A DNA stretch of 64,000 nucleotides from an uncultured Acidobacteriota bacterium (GCA_963777605.1 CAVZRV010000015.1:32001-96000); one strand, 5' to 3'; numbered from the stretch's first letter, positions 43,065 to 54,338 are shown. A program made the numbers and translations. Notes: a model not told the origin generated them from the letters alone.

Positions 43065-46000
43065 TCACTGAGTCCCGCCGAGCAATTCCGAACGGTGCTC
43101 CCTCAAGAAATAGTCAATGGTCTCGATGCGAACCCTGATGGAGCCGGACGGCTTGTTCTCATCCACATCCTTGAACGAGAAATAAGGGCGACCGGCGCAT
43201 TCGATGATCTTCTCGATCAATTGGTAGGTCGGAGCATCATGGCCGCACTTGAAATTGGAGAATTCCACGCCAACCAGGTTGGGGTGCCGGGCAGTGAACT
43301 TGGCAGCCCAGATCTTCAAGGAAGTATTCGCAATGTGCGGATGCTTCCAGACATCGTTGATGTCGAGCGGATTCTCGATGTAGCCGGCAATCAGGTCTTC
43401 ACGAAATAGTGATTCAAGGGTCTTCCGGTCCATCGGTAGAGTGTTCTGGGAAAACACCGGATAACCCAACTTTTGGAACTCCTCGAAGATACCGTGGTTT
43501 AGACCCGGGTCGTGGTGGTATATGCGTCCCAGCATGACGATTCCGAGTCTTCCCTCCCGCTCGAGCATCGCGAGCACCTCACCCGCCCTGCGCTGAAGAG
43601 CGTCGCTCCAGCGGGCCAGTGCCGCGAAGCCTTCTCGAACCGCACCCCGGTTCTCGCTCTCGGTCAACCCCAGAGGATCGCTCCAGACTTCGAACATCTG
43701 CCGGGTAAAGAGCAACTCATCGGAGAGATTGAGCAGGGGACAGAAGTAGGCGATGTCATTTTCCGAGAAAACATCGGACTCCTTCACAAACGCCGCCCTG
43801 ACCGTCTGCGGTGAGGCGATGACGGTCGCACAGGAATTGACGGCACCCAGTTCTGCCTGGGGGCCTGACAAGGTGTCCAGCATGGGAGAGAAGATGAAGT
43901 CAAGGGCCTTCCGGCGATGAACCCGGTAAATGAGGTCGTGGACATGAGCGGTGGCAACCTTGGCTGGAAAGCAGGGATCGATTGAACCTCTCCGGCTCCC
44001 TTCCCGGTACATTCCATCAGCGGTGAAAGAAGAAAACTCCAGGTTTTCAAACGGTATCCCGAGCGCCTCCATGTAGGCCGTGAAGAGGGGGGCATAACCG
44101 TAAAGATTGAGAATTCTTGGAATCCCAATCCGGATGGCCTTCCTCCGTTCCCTTGCGCGGGCCCTGCGTCCTCTGCCCCAAACCCGTCCAGGTCCAGTCG
44201 AGCAGGCATTTCCCGGAGACCAGGATCGCCAGACGGTCTTGGCGGCCAGATCGATCAGGTTCGGATTCTCCTGAGCGTTCCGCTTGATTCGTCCCAGAAT
44301 CTGCTTGAGAGCGTCAGTATCGTCAACCTGTCCCTTTTCGCACGTTGAAATTACGAAGCGTTCCGCGGCGTGAGTCGGCGGGGTTTCCACATCGCCTTCC
44401 TGAACTGGGTTAGTCTCCTCCTTCAACCGGACATCGATGAATGTGCGAAGGCACTGGTTTGTGCAGAAGCGACAGCGCGACGTTTCATCACAAGTCGTCT
44501 CAAACTCGATCCGGTCAACCGCATCCAGGCCGATGAACCGGGTCCGTCTCGACGGTTCCCAGATACGCTGCAACTCGAGAGCTGCTCCAATTGCTCCCGC
44601 CTCTCCACAGTGGGGGTGTACGACGATCTCAGGAGACTGACCAAATCGCTCGAACCGTCCACCTATGTAGTCCACCTGGGCTTTGACCACGGCGAGGTTT
44701 CGCTGGGTCCCTCCCTGGAGAACGAACGTCGACCCGAGTGATGGAAGATTGGGAATCTTCGCCACGTACAACCATATGTTCTTGGGCAAAACAGCGGCCA
44801 ACCCGGCCAGCAACTCGTCCGAATTCCAGCCCTGACGCTGGTAGTTCACGATATCCGACTGCAGGAACACGGCACAGCCATAGCTGAACTCGGGCATCTT
44901 CCGGGCCCGGAATGCCGCCTCCGCATAGTCCTCGACCCGAAGGCCGATGCTCTCCGCCGTGGCTTGCAGAAAATAGCCGTTACCGGCAGAGCACTGGGTG
45001 TTGAGCATGAAGTCCTTGACGTGCCCGTCCTTGAGTACGATCAGTTTAATGTCCTGGCCGCCCACATCGACAATGACATCCACACCGGGCATGAAATGAA
45101 CCGCGGAACGCGCGTGTGCAACTGTTTCCACGAGCCCAAGGTCGGCGTGCAACACCTTCTGGAGAATATCCTTCGCGTACCCGGTGGTAGCCACACCCTG
45201 GATTTCCAGGGTCGCACCCCGGGACTCTATCTCGCCGCGAAGCTGGGCGACGAGACCGATCGTGTCCTGAATGGGGTTGCCACGCGACAGTTCGTAGGCC
45301 TTGGCCAGCACCTCACCGTCCGGGCTCAACAGCACGGCCTTGGTGGACGTCGACCCCCCGTCGATGCCCAGGAACGCCCGGGTTCGGGCTCCCGCGACGA
45401 CGGCCGGCGGGCGATACTGGCGCAAATGGTAGCGTTCCCGGAACTCCGCCAACTCACCCGCGCTTCGGTAAAGCCCGCAGGAAACCGAGCGCGCGTGGAG
45501 GCCGGCATTTCCATCCTTGAGGAAATGTTCGAGGTGCTTCAGTCCAGTGTAGGATCCCTCTCGAGCATCCAGCCCCCTGCCAAACTCGACGGCCCCGAGG
45601 CTCCCGAAGAAATGCCCGTTCGAAGGGGCGGAAATCAGTTCAGCCAGCGGACAACCTTCGGGCACCAGTACGCCTCGCTCTTCCCAGAGCTTGGGAAGAT
45701 GCTCGCGCCACGCCTCCTGCATGCCCCGGATGAAGGTGTTGGGTCCCCCAAGGAGAAGAATTCGGGGAAAGAGCGTGTATCCACGAGTCAAAACCGTCAA
45801 GTTCTGGAGAACGATGGCCTCAAACAGGGAAGCCATCAACTCGCCGCTCGGCACCCCCTGCTTCTGGAGGCTGTTCACATCGGTTTCAGAGAAAACTCCG
45901 CATTTCCCCGCAACCCGGTGAATCCGGACGCCGCTGTAGCACTGGCGGGCAAGACTGTCCTGGGGAATATTCAACTTAGCCCGGATCTTGTCCAGGACGG

Positions 46001-46445
46001 CGCCGGTGCCCCCGGCGCACTTGTCGTTCATGCTCGCAATCTTCTTCCGAACCGACGCCCCGGGCTGATCCCTGTAAATGATGATCTTGCTGTCCTGCCC
46101 GCCCAGTTCGATAACGGAGTAGACTTCGGGAAACAGCTTCTCAACCGCCAGTGAAACGGCATTCACTTCCTGAACAAATCGGCCCCCAACCAGTTTCGAG
46201 ATCGTCCCGCCGCCCGACCCGGTGAAGAAGAGCCGCATGTTGCCCTCATGGGCACCGAGGTCTTCCTCCATCCGTTTCAGATACCCGTGGACCTTCTCGG
46301 CCAGGCGGGCTTCGTGACGCCGGTAATCACTCCAGATCACCTCGTCACTCCCGCTTTCGACAACGACCGCCTTGACCGTCGTCGAACCGATATCAATGCC
46401 CGCCGTGAATTTCACGGGCGCCGTCGAGGACGCCATCCAAATCAT
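43065..46445 (-). CDS. CoA-substrate-specific enzyme activase (two BadF/BadG/BcrA/BcrD ATPase domains plus DUF2229-like region)
   Basis: GIDIGSTTVK, ELGGQDSK, MNDKCAGGTG; second GIDGGSTSTK, DVGGQDIK, NTQCSAGNG; FKCGHD. Confidence 0.9.
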   Translation of the reverse strand: MIWMASSTAPVKFTAGIDIGSTTVKAVVVESGSDEVIWSDYRRHEARLAEKVHGYLKRMEEDLGAHEGNMRLFFTGSGGGTISKLVGGRFVQEVNAVSLAVEKLFPEVYSVIELGGQDSKIIIYRDQPGASVRKKIASMNDKCAGGTGAVLDKIRAKLNIPQDSLARQCYSGVRIHRVAGKCGVFSETDVNSLQKQGVPSGELMASLFEAIVLQNLTVLTRGYTLFPRILLLGGPNTFIRGMQEAWREHLPKLWEERGVLVPEGCPLAELISAPSNGHFFGSLGAVEFGRGLDAREGSYTGLKHLEHFLKDGNAGLHARSVSCGLYRSAGELAEFRERYHLRQYRPPAVVAGARTRAFLGIDGGSTSTKAVLLSPDGEVLAKAYELSRGNPIQDTIGLVAQLRGEIESRGATLEIQGVATTGYAKDILQKVLHADLGLVETVAHARSAVHFMPGVDVIVDVGGQDIKLIVLKDGHVKDFMLNTQCSAGNGYFLQATAESIGLRVEDYAEAAFRARKMPEFSYGCAVFLQSDIVNYQRQGWNSDELLAGLAAVLPKNIWLYVAKIPNLPSLGSTFVLQGGTQRNLAVVKAQVDYIGGRFERFGQSPEIVVHPHCGEAGAIGAALELQRIWEPSRRTRFIGLDAVDRIEFETTCDETSRCRFCTNQCLRTFIDVRLKEETNPVQEGDVETPPTHAAERFVISTCEKGQVDDTDALKQILGRIKRNAQENPNLIDLAAKTVWRSWSPGNACSTGPGRVWGRGRRARARERRKAIRIGIPRILNLYGYAPLFTAYMEALGIPFENLEFSSFTADGMYREGSRRGSIDPCFPAKVATAHVHDLIYRVHRRKALDFIFSPMLDTLSGPQAELGAVNSCATVIASPQTVRAAFVKESDVFSENDIAYFCPLLNLSDELLFTRQMFEVWSDPLGLTESENRGAVREGFAALARWSDALQRRAGEVLAMLEREGRLGIVMLGRIYHHDPGLNHGIFEEFQKLGYPVFSQNTLPMDRKTLESLFREDLIAGYIENPLDINDVWKHPHIANTSLKIWAAKFTARHPNLVGVEFSNFKCGHDAPTYQLIEKIIECAGRPYFSFKDVDENKPSGSIRVRIETIDYFLREHRSELLGGTQ

Positions 46446-48178
46446 CTCCTTCGAGAACGCTTGAGCAGATCCGCAACTTGAACGACAAGATTCGCAGCGA
46501 CTCCGGCAAACTTCCCGTAACGCCGCAAAGGGAACGTTGCTCTCTGAAATTCGGGATGAGATTCCACAAAGTCGCGAACCGTTTCAAGGGTAATTCCGGC
46601 TTCACGCAGGGCTCGATCGATTTCTTCGTCCGCCCTCCTCCGGGCATCCGCCAACGCCATCTGGACGCGGCTGAAGGCGTTGATATCGGCATCCCCCGAG
46701 GTTTCGACCGGAACAAAGACAATCCCGGGATGGCGGGCCGTGACAGTCGCCATGACCCCGTCAGACTGGGTCGAAGGCATGCAGCCAAACGGCTTCAGAC
46801 TGAGCACCATGTGACACAGGCGATACTGGCTGTAATAGATGCTCTTGGCGACTTCGAGATAACCTTCCCCTCCCCTGGTCAGCGGGTTGAAGTACTCTCG
46901 GGAAAGCCGGACCAAATCCGACTGACGGATCTGCTCGTGGCCGATTCCGCTCAGATGCCGATTGATTCTCGAGTAGTGCCTCCGGTACTGGGAGACAGCC
47001 AGCCTTAGCAGAAGCGGTTTCTTGACCGCCGACAGGTAGTTCTCCAGTTGTTTTACCGGCTGCCAGGGCCTGGCGTTCGGGTGGGGAGGCCGCAATCCGG
47101 CGCGTTCGCCTTGCTCGAGAATCGATTTGTGCAGCCAGTAGAGAAGGTGTCCGGTGATCGTGTCAGCATCCACCTGAGCCCCTTCGGCTTCCAGGAACTC
47201 GAACATGTTGTAGTTGGCGTAACTCTCCGAAAGGTGCGAATAGAACTCGCCGGTCACCTTTACGATCGGTTTCGCCTGCAGCCGATCAAGTTCGACCTGG
47301 TCGATTCGCCTGGCACAGGCAGAGAGGAGTTCCCTGAAATCACTCCCGTAGAGATGACGCCGGTACTTCCCAAGGCTGTTCAGCATGCGGGTGAAACGGC
47401 TTCGGGGGTCCATTCGCCTCGCCAGCCAATTGGGCGACTCCCGCAGGATTTCAAAACGTTGGTGGTTTTGCAGGAACTCGCTGACCCAATCCAGACAGTC
47501 TGCGAAGGCCTGATCGGTTGCTCCCGGCACCTTCTCGTACGGCCGGATCGAGTAGATCGACTGATAAAGCAGGTCCCCGACGATCAGCGCCGCCAGGCAA
47601 CCAAATCCGATGTCGGCATTGAATGTCAATCCTGGTTCACTGGCCCCTTCGGTGATGACCCTGCTGCTTTGGAACGTGATAACCCGAAAACCTGGAAAAC
47701 CAGCGTTCTCCAGTGCCTGGCGATACTCGGACTGGTAGACTCCGAACCGGCACGGACCGCAGTCGGCGAGTGTGAAGTAGACGTACTCCAGCACGATCTG
47801 CTCCCGCGACTTCCCTTCCCTTTCCAAATTCTGGAGAAACTCGATCAGGGTCCCAGCGGTGAAGTAGTTGGGATTGCAGAGACCGTTGTTGCAGTACTCC
47901 CGACCGATCTGAAAGGCCCCCTTGGTAGGCACCGGAAGGTTCTGGAAACGGTATCCGTTTCCGTCGAAAACGGCCTTGATCAGCCGTTCATGCTTGGGTG
48001 TGAGGTTCCCAAACAAGATCGTCGTGGATGCCCGCTCGGCGGCGGTGAAGGGAATCTCCGGGGGCAAGCGGTAATGTTGCGTTCGCTGGCCATCCCCGGA
48101 TTCAGACAACCGGCCCGGCCCATCCCCGATCGGAAGGGGGGCCGGCTCTACTGAATCTGCTGCCGAGTGTTCTTTCAA
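46442..48178 (-). CDS. activase-associated protein (2-hydroxyacyl-CoA dehydratase activator partner, DUF2229-like)
   Basis: GREYCNNGLCNP.YFT.G, CGPCRFG.Y, GGEG, SLKPFGCMP; overlaps the activase start. Confidence 0.8.
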   Translation of the reverse strand: MKEHSAADSVEPAPLPIGDGPGRLSESGDGQRTQHYRLPPEIPFTAAERASTTILFGNLTPKHERLIKAVFDGNGYRFQNLPVPTKGAFQIGREYCNNGLCNPNYFTAGTLIEFLQNLEREGKSREQIVLEYVYFTLADCGPCRFGVYQSEYRQALENAGFPGFRVITFQSSRVITEGASEPGLTFNADIGFGCLAALIVGDLLYQSIYSIRPYEKVPGATDQAFADCLDWVSEFLQNHQRFEILRESPNWLARRMDPRSRFTRMLNSLGKYRRHLYGSDFRELLSACARRIDQVELDRLQAKPIVKVTGEFYSHLSESYANYNMFEFLEAEGAQVDADTITGHLLYWLHKSILEQGERAGLRPPHPNARPWQPVKQLENYLSAVKKPLLLRLAVSQYRRHYSRINRHLSGIGHEQIRQSDLVRLSREYFNPLTRGGEGYLEVAKSIYYSQYRLCHMVLSLKPFGCMPSTQSDGVMATVTARHPGIVFVPVETSGDADINAFSRVQMALADARRRADEEIDRALREAGITLETVRDFVESHPEFQRATFPLRRYGKFAGVAANLVVQVADLLKRSRRR

Positions 48179-48357
48179 CCCGCTCCCTCCGCCTGAATGC
48201 CTGCAAGTTCACGGCCCCGGATGAATTCGCCGCTGAAGTGACATTGCTGCTGCAGCGCGCCGATGCGCTGAACCCTTCTTGCCACACCCAGTATAGACCT
48301 CCGCCGAAGTCGAGAACCAAACTCTTTCGGGAGCAATCACTCGCTGCAAATTCAGAT

Positions 48358-48400
48358 CTGCCCGGCCTGGCCGGAAAGCGCCTCCCGACCAGGCCGGCAG
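48358..48400. terminator. long GC-rich hairpin downstream of the M28 peptidase gene
   Basis: CTGCCCGGCCTGGCCGGA...TCCCGACCAGGCCGGCAG imperfect stem. Confidence 0.45.
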
Positions 48401-48467
48401 CAATTACAATACGCCTGGAATGCTCACCGCCGGAACCGGCAAGCGGGAAGCGGATCGCCTGTCTGTT

Positions 48468-50060
48468 TCACCGATTTTCGGTCGTGGGCATCGGCTTGCG
48501 CGGCAACTTGTCCGGTCGCATTGCGGCGTTGTACACAAACGATGCCATGATCACCGAGGCCTGGATCAGGTCCTCCCGGCGTAGATGGTCATAGACATCA
48601 ACGTTGGTGTGGTGGGTCCCGGACATGTAGTCCAGTTCATCCTGGATGAATTGAAAACCGGGAAGACCGACCCGGTCGAAGGGAATATGGTCCGTCCCGC
48701 CAGTGTTCTGGTTGGTCACGGTATCGGCACCCAGGTCGTGAAAGGGCTCCAGCCATGCCTCGAAAATCGGGGCGACCGCAGCGTTGCCCTGGGTGTAAAT
48801 CCCCCGAATCTTCCCACTCCCGTTATCAAGATTGAAGTAAGCACAGAACTTCTCGTAGTCGGGCAATAAATCAAGCTTGCCCTGATCCCTGCGCATCCAC
48901 TCCGGGAGCTCTTTCTGTTCGGGATCACTCGGCTCCGCCCTCGTCGCGAGATACTTCTTGACGTAGTCCATCGACCCAAGGAAACCTTGCTCTTCGCCTC
49001 CCCAAAGGGCAACCCGGATCGTCCGACGAGGCTGAACTCCCAGCTCTTTCAGGATTCGCACCGCCTCCATCGCTACGGCGACCCCCGCCGCATCATCGGT
49101 CGCGCCGGTGCCGGCATGCCACGAATCGATGTGCCCGCCGAGCAAAACGAGTTCGTCAGCCTTGTCGGCACCCCTGATCTCGGCCAGTGTGTTGTACCCC
49201 TTGGCATCATCGTAGAACTGGGCCTTCACGTCGATCTCGAGTTTCACATCCTGCTTGTGCTCGTCGATCAGCCGCATGATCGAGTTGTAGTGTTCAGCGG
49301 CCAGCGAAAGCGCCGTCACACCGGGATTCTTGCCCGGCTCGCGGGAACCGGCACCTCCGACCCGAATCAGGGCGTTGTCCCGAGAGCTAATCTGGACCGT
49401 CGCAACCACCTTCTCGTCGGACAGAAACTGGTTGATCGCGTCACGAAGCCGCCACCGGGCCAGTGCCCGCTGCCGATAATCACCACGCCGTCTCCGGATC
49501 CTGGGGATGGGGAACTCAGTCAACTCCTCCAACTCTTCCTTGTCATACCGCTGAAACGAAGGCGCATCACCCTCGGTGATCTCCCGGGGATCGTCCAGGA
49601 ACAGGACCTTTCCGGACACCTTTCCCCGGTACTTGTCGAGATCTTCCAGGGTGTCGAGCGAGACTCTCATAACGGTGCCGGTCACCGGCCCGTTGGTCCC
49701 TGGAGTCCAGGCCATCGGGATCGCGATCAGCGGAACTTCTCGGGGGGAGATCATCCGGACCGAGGCTTTTGTGAAGTCCCAACCCCGACCAAAATCCCAC
49801 TCGTCCATCCGGGCATTCTCCAGGCCCATCTCCTGGAGTCGGTCACGGGCCCATTCGTTGGCTTCCTTGAACCCGGGAGACCCTGTCAGGCGAGGTCCGA
49901 TGACGTCGGTCAAATACCCCACCGTCTTCATTACCTGGGACCGATTCAGCCCCTCATCTCGAATTCGGTTCACCATGTCCAGGTCAACGGTCTCCTGGGC
50001 GAAAGCAACCTGGGCGAGCAAAAAAACTGCAGCGACAGATACGAGGACGATTCTCTTCAC
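48468..50060 (-). CDS. M28 family (carboxypeptidase Q-like) peptidase, exported
   Basis: IGPRLTGS, GGHIDSW..GTGATDD, WGGEEQG, TDH, HHT..D; GTG start after AGGAGG. Confidence 0.92.
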   Translation of the reverse strand: MKRIVLVSVAAVFLLAQVAFAQETVDLDMVNRIRDEGLNRSQVMKTVGYLTDVIGPRLTGSPGFKEANEWARDRLQEMGLENARMDEWDFGRGWDFTKASVRMISPREVPLIAIPMAWTPGTNGPVTGTVMRVSLDTLEDLDKYRGKVSGKVLFLDDPREITEGDAPSFQRYDKEELEELTEFPIPRIRRRRGDYRQRALARWRLRDAINQFLSDEKVVATVQISSRDNALIRVGGAGSREPGKNPGVTALSLAAEHYNSIMRLIDEHKQDVKLEIDVKAQFYDDAKGYNTLAEIRGADKADELVLLGGHIDSWHAGTGATDDAAGVAVAMEAVRILKELGVQPRRTIRVALWGGEEQGFLGSMDYVKKYLATRAEPSDPEQKELPEWMRRDQGKLDLLPDYEKFCAYFNLDNGSGKIRGIYTQGNAAVAPIFEAWLEPFHDLGADTVTNQNTGGTDHIPFDRVGLPGFQFIQDELDYMSGTHHTNVDVYDHLRREDLIQASVIMASFVYNAAMRPDKLPRKPMPTTENR

Positions 50061-50301
50061 GTGCGCAAACTCCTCCTGCAATGTGTGTTGGCGCTTGATG
50101 GCGCCGGAGTGTAGCACAGCTCAAGAGCAACCGATACAAGCGATTCGGAGGAAGTCTCGATTCTCCATTGCAGCCCGGCCTGAAGTCGCTATCAGACCCG
50201 GAGCCAATTTAGAAGTCCGGTGGCGATCGAGCACTTGATAGCAGCCCGGTCCTGAACATGATAACTTTGGTCGCTTCGATCACCGAGGAGGACCGCCCGA
50301 A

Positions 50302-51786
50302 TTGAACGCACTCTTGATCTACCCCCAGTTTCCCGACACATTTTGGAGCTTTAAACACGCCCTCAAGTTCACGCGGCAACGGGCGGTGCTTCCACCGCTT
50401 GGGCTGTTGACAGTGGCGGCGATGCTCCCGAAAGACTGGAAACGACGGGTAATCGACGCCAACGTGCACACCCTAAAAGCGGAAGACCTGGAATGGGCGG
50501 ACATCGTGTTGATCAGCGCCATGACCGTCCAGCGCAACTCTGCAAAAGATCTCATTGACCGCTGCCAGGAGGCAGGGCTTCCGGTGGTTGCGGGAGGACC
50601 ACTTTTCACCAGTGAGCCGGGCGATTTCGCACACGTGGACCACCTCGTCCTCAACGAAGCTGAGATTACGTTGCCGGAGTTCCTCAAGGACTGGGAAGCC
50701 GGCAATCCGAAAGCGGTCTACTCCACGGACCAGCACACCTCGATCGAAGTGACCCCGCCTCCCCAGTGGGAACTGCTCGACATGGGTCACTATGCCTCGA
50801 TGGCGATCCAATTTTCGCGCGGTTGCCCCTACAATTGTGACTTCTGCAATGTGACGGCTCTTTTTGGACGAAGACCGCGAATCAAGACCGCCAATCAGAT
50901 CATTGCCGAACTTGACAATCTGGATGCGGCCGGCTGGAAGAGCAAAGTGTTTTTCGTCGACGACAATTTCATCGGCAACAAGCGCTATCTCAAGCAGGAA
51001 CTTCTTCCCGCATTGATCGAGTGGCGCAGCAGGCACCCCCGGTTCACGTTTTATACCGAGGCGTCGGTCAACCTGGCGGACGACGACAAGTTGATGCAGA
51101 TGATGGTGACGGCAGGTTTTGACACGGTCTTCATCGGCATCGAAACGCCCGCTGAAGAAAGCCTCGCCGAGTGCAACAAGAAGCAGAACAAGAACCGAAA
51201 CCTGGTCAATGACATCAAGAAGATTCAGAGGGCCGGGCTGCAGGTTCAAGGCGGGTTCATCGTCGGATTTGACAGTGACACACCCTCCATCTTCCAACGC
51301 CAGATCGACTTCATTCAGAAAAGCGGAATCGTTACCGCAATGGTCGGCCTCCTGCAGGCTCCTCCCGGCACCGAACTCTACGAACGTCTCAAGGCCCAGG
51401 GACGTATCCTGGGCGGAATGTCGGGCGACAACGTGGACGGCAGCACCAACATCATTCCCCGGATGAACCTGGAGACACTGACCGAGGGCTATCGACGGGT
51501 GATGCACCACATCTACTCACCGAAGCATTACTACAAGCGGGTACGCACCTTTCTGCGGGAGTACTCTCCGCCACGGATTGACGTTCCGCTTAACCGGGAG
51601 GGCCTGGAAGCCCTTATTCGCTCGGTCCTCAGGCTGGGCATCTTCGGCAGGGAGCGTTTCCACTATTGGAGCCTGATGTTTTGGACTCTCTTCCGACGGC
51701 CCCGAATGCTCCCGATGGCAGTGACGCTGGCGATCTACGGCCACCACTTCCGGAAGATCTGCGAGTTGCACATCCGGCAAGCCTGA
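50302..51786 (+). CDS. B12-binding radical SAM protein (DUF4070/YgiQ-like)
   Basis: PPLGLLTVAA, AGGP, RGCPYNCDFC (CxxxCxxC), FVDDNFIG, GFIVGFD. Confidence 0.92.
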   Translation: MNALLIYPQFPDTFWSFKHALKFTRQRAVLPPLGLLTVAAMLPKDWKRRVIDANVHTLKAEDLEWADIVLISAMTVQRNSAKDLIDRCQEAGLPVVAGGPLFTSEPGDFAHVDHLVLNEAEITLPEFLKDWEAGNPKAVYSTDQHTSIEVTPPPQWELLDMGHYASMAIQFSRGCPYNCDFCNVTALFGRRPRIKTANQIIAELDNLDAAGWKSKVFFVDDNFIGNKRYLKQELLPALIEWRSRHPRFTFYTEASVNLADDDKLMQMMVTAGFDTVFIGIETPAEESLAECNKKQNKNRNLVNDIKKIQRAGLQVQGGFIVGFDSDTPSIFQRQIDFIQKSGIVTAMVGLLQAPPGTELYERLKAQGRILGGMSGDNVDGSTNIIPRMNLETLTEGYRRVMHHIYSPKHYYKRVRTFLREYSPPRIDVPLNREGLEALIRSVLRLGIFGRERFHYWSLMFWTLFRRPRMLPMAVTLAIYGHHFRKICELHIRQA

Positions 51787-51793
51787 GTTGCTG

Positions 51794-53917
51794 TCAGTTC
51801 TCAGTTTTGCCGACGGTATCCTGGAGGGGAACCACCGGGAGAAAGATTCGGAAGGTCGTCCCTTGGCCTGGCACGCTCTCGACGGCAATGTGACCGCGAC
51901 TTTGCTTCACCGAGCCATAAACCATCGAGAGGCCCAATCCGGTCCCCTTGCCGGCCTCCTTGGTCGTGAAAAATGGATCGAAGATTTGGTCGCGGATTGT
52001 CTCGTCTATCCCGGAACCCGTGTCGTGGACAGACAGCTCCACGTATCGACCCGGGGGGATCTCGGAAGCCTCAGTGTCGCCCTGTTCCATCACGATTTCT
52101 CGTGTCTCGACCGTGATTACTCCCCCGGCAGGCATGGCATCGCGGGCGTTGACGGCCAGGTTCATCAGAATCTGCCCAACCAGGTTCGGGTCGATCCTGA
52201 CTTTGGGCAAGGGCCGCCGGAGCACAGTGACGAAGTCAAAATCCTCGCCCACGAGACGCCTCAACATCGACTCGATTTGACTGACAATATGGTTCAACTC
52301 CACGTCCTGTGGGGAAAGCAGCTGTTTTCGACCGAATGCCAGCAACTGGCGAGTCAAAACCGCCGCCCGTTCAGCCGCGGCAACGATCTCGGTCAGGTCT
52401 TCGACAAACCGATGGTCGGATTCCAACTCATCCAGCAGTAGCTCAGTTCGCCCCTGAATGACGGTCAGCAGGTTATTGAAATCGTGGGCAACCCCGCCTG
52501 CGAGCCGTCCGATCGCTTCCATCTTCTGAGCCTGCAATAACTGCGCTTCGAGCTGTTTCCGTTCTGAGATGTCGAGAAGGATCCCCCGGATTCCGACGAC
52601 CCGGCCTTTCTCTTCTATGGGCACGGCCTGAGAGAGAACCGGAAAACGTGCCCCGCCCTTCTTCTGGGCGATAAATTCATAGGCCGGGTGCTCTTCGCCC
52701 TTGAGGACCGACTGAATCGCAGCTTGGGCCCGCTCCCGGTCCTCAGGAGCCAGAAGATCAAGGCCGGCAAAGCCTTTCCTGATATCCTCGTCCCCGTATC
52801 CGGTAATGACGAACGCAGCATGGTTGCAAAAAGTCAAGGTCCCTTCCGCGTTCATCTCGTAGACGATCCCGGGAAGCAACTCCGCAAGCTGACGGAACCG
52901 GTTTTCACTGGCTTCGATTGTCCATTCGGCGCGCCGGCGCTCCAGATCGGCTTGCCGCTGGTAGAGAAGCGCCAGGAATCCGAGCACAACCAGCGTCACC
53001 ATGAGGATCAACTCGTGGGTTTCCCTGAGCCGCGGGTCAATGAGACCAAACCCGTAGAGAGTGAAGTGCATGACCGGAAGCACAAATGGAAGGATGACCC
53101 AGAAACTTCGCGCCGTCACGCGGATCTGCTCCAGAGTATTCCCAGGCTTCTTCCGGCTTCCCGATATCGTCTCGTCGGGAAGACAAACTCGACATCGTGC
53201 GGCCAGAAGCGCACACCAGTAGATCAACGGTGTCAGAAAAGAGCGGAAAGTGACAAAAGTCCATTCCTGAGCCGGCAGGTCCCGCGCGCCGTAGAACCGG
53301 ATCACCTCGAGAACATCCCCATAGAAGAGGCAGGTGAACGAAAACACGAAAAGGCTGTAGATGACCTTCCATTTTCTGCTCCGACAAACCAGGAGGTTGT
53401 GCAAGGTCGCCGCAATCAGTAGAAAATCGAGGGCGCCAAACAGTGCGTAGGAGAGATTCCGGGAACTGCCTTGCTGTAATTCTCCCAGGTGCGGAACGAC
53501 CACGAAGTAGGCCAGCAAACCGACCACAAAGACCGCTCTCCCAAGCGACTCGATTCGATAGAGGCGGTTGGACCTGCTCCATCCGGGACTCAGGTGAGGC
53601 ATGGCCCCGAGTGCCATGATCATTCCCAGGAAGGAGAGCAGATAGAGGATGTCGGAGGCAAAGTCGAGACGAGGGCTCCAGGAATACGTCCCCAGGAAGA
53701 GCCAGAGTCCCCGGGTCGCAAACCAGACCAGAAAGGAAAAACCCATCAGGCGCCAAAATCGGCACTCTTCAGGATGGTCAACCCCTCCAAGTCCGGTGAC
53801 CAGGCAGACCGCGGTCAGTCCGAGCAATGAGAAATCGACGACATGCAAACCCGGTTGGAGGCTTGCGAATCCGAAAGCCGAACTGCCCAACAGGAAGAAC
53901 CAGGACAGGCCGACCAT
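51794..53917 (-). CDS. multi-TM PAS sensor histidine kinase without a receiver domain; start uncertain
   Basis: About 9-10 TM helices, [25 protein letters not shown]-box, NARDAM, DTG.G, FFTTK, GTGLGL. Confidence 0.9.
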   Translation of the reverse strand: MVGLSWFFLLGSSAFGFASLQPGLHVVDFSLLGLTAVCLVTGLGGVDHPEECRFWRLMGFSFLVWFATRGLWLFLGTYSWSPRLDFASDILYLLSFLGMIMALGAMPHLSPGWSRSNRLYRIESLGRAVFVVGLLAYFVVVPHLGELQQGSSRNLSYALFGALDFLLIAATLHNLLVCRSRKWKVIYSLFVFSFTCLFYGDVLEVIRFYGARDLPAQEWTFVTFRSFLTPLIYWCALLAARCRVCLPDETISGSRKKPGNTLEQIRVTARSFWVILPFVLPVMHFTLYGFGLIDPRLRETHELILMVTLVVLGFLALLYQRQADLERRRAEWTIEASENRFRQLAELLPGIVYEMNAEGTLTFCNHAAFVITGYGDEDIRKGFAGLDLLAPEDRERAQAAIQSVLKGEEHPAYEFIAQKKGGARFPVLSQAVPIEEKGRVVGIRGILLDISERKQLEAQLLQAQKMEAIGRLAGGVAHDFNNLLTVIQGRTELLLDELESDHRFVEDLTEIVAAAERAAVLTRQLLAFGRKQLLSPQDVELNHIVSQIESMLRRLVGEDFDFVTVLRRPLPKVRIDPNLVGQILMNLAVNARDAMPAGGVITVETREIVMEQGDTEASEIPPGRYVELSVHDTGSGIDETIRDQIFDPFFTTKEAGKGTGLGLSMVYGSVKQSRGHIAVESVPGQGTTFRIFLPVVPLQDTVGKTEN

Positions 53918-54024
53918 TACAGCCCCTAAGCGGGCCCACCAATCTCTGCAACAGGCGGACAATATTTCCAAAGTTGACCCCGACGAAGACCCACCGCCAG
54001 CGGTCCAGCCTGAATCCGGGGCCC

Positions 54025-54338
54025 CGCTTCTGGAGTGCGCCGCAACACGAAAAGTCTTCAATTCAACATGCAGTTTATCAAGCACCGTGGATGGGTCACC
54101 CCTGAGGATCCTCCGCCGACCAAGCCCGGCATGACTCTGGGATCTCTCTCCCTTGTTCGCCGCAACCTCAGATCGGGACGGGGAGACCGCAAGGGGGCGA
54201 TCCGGATCTCAGTTTTCGGCCTGGTACAACAACGGCTCGTTGCCGCTGCTGCTGATCCTGGCATCGATTGTCTCTTACGCCTACTACCTGTCGCTGGCCG
54301 GCCGGCCGCTGTTCAAAGAAGATTTCATGGATGGGTAG
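54025..54338 (+). pseudogene. multiply deleted remnant of a membrane protein resembling the C-terminal half of acidobacterial membrane Ser/Thr kinases
   Basis: Adjacent blocks VTPEDPPPTKPGM | LVRRNLRSGRGDRKGAIRIS | FSAWYNNGSL...YLSLAGRPLF* followed by a terminator-like hairpin; family recognised from recalled motifs only. Confidence 0.5.

Noticed and set aside
48102-48403. Short Ser/Cys-containing ORFs upstream of the activase operon as RiPP precursors for the radical SAM enzyme
   Set aside because: No RBS or leader motif, no RRE, SPASM or transporter genes, and the region looks like a terminator plus promoter.
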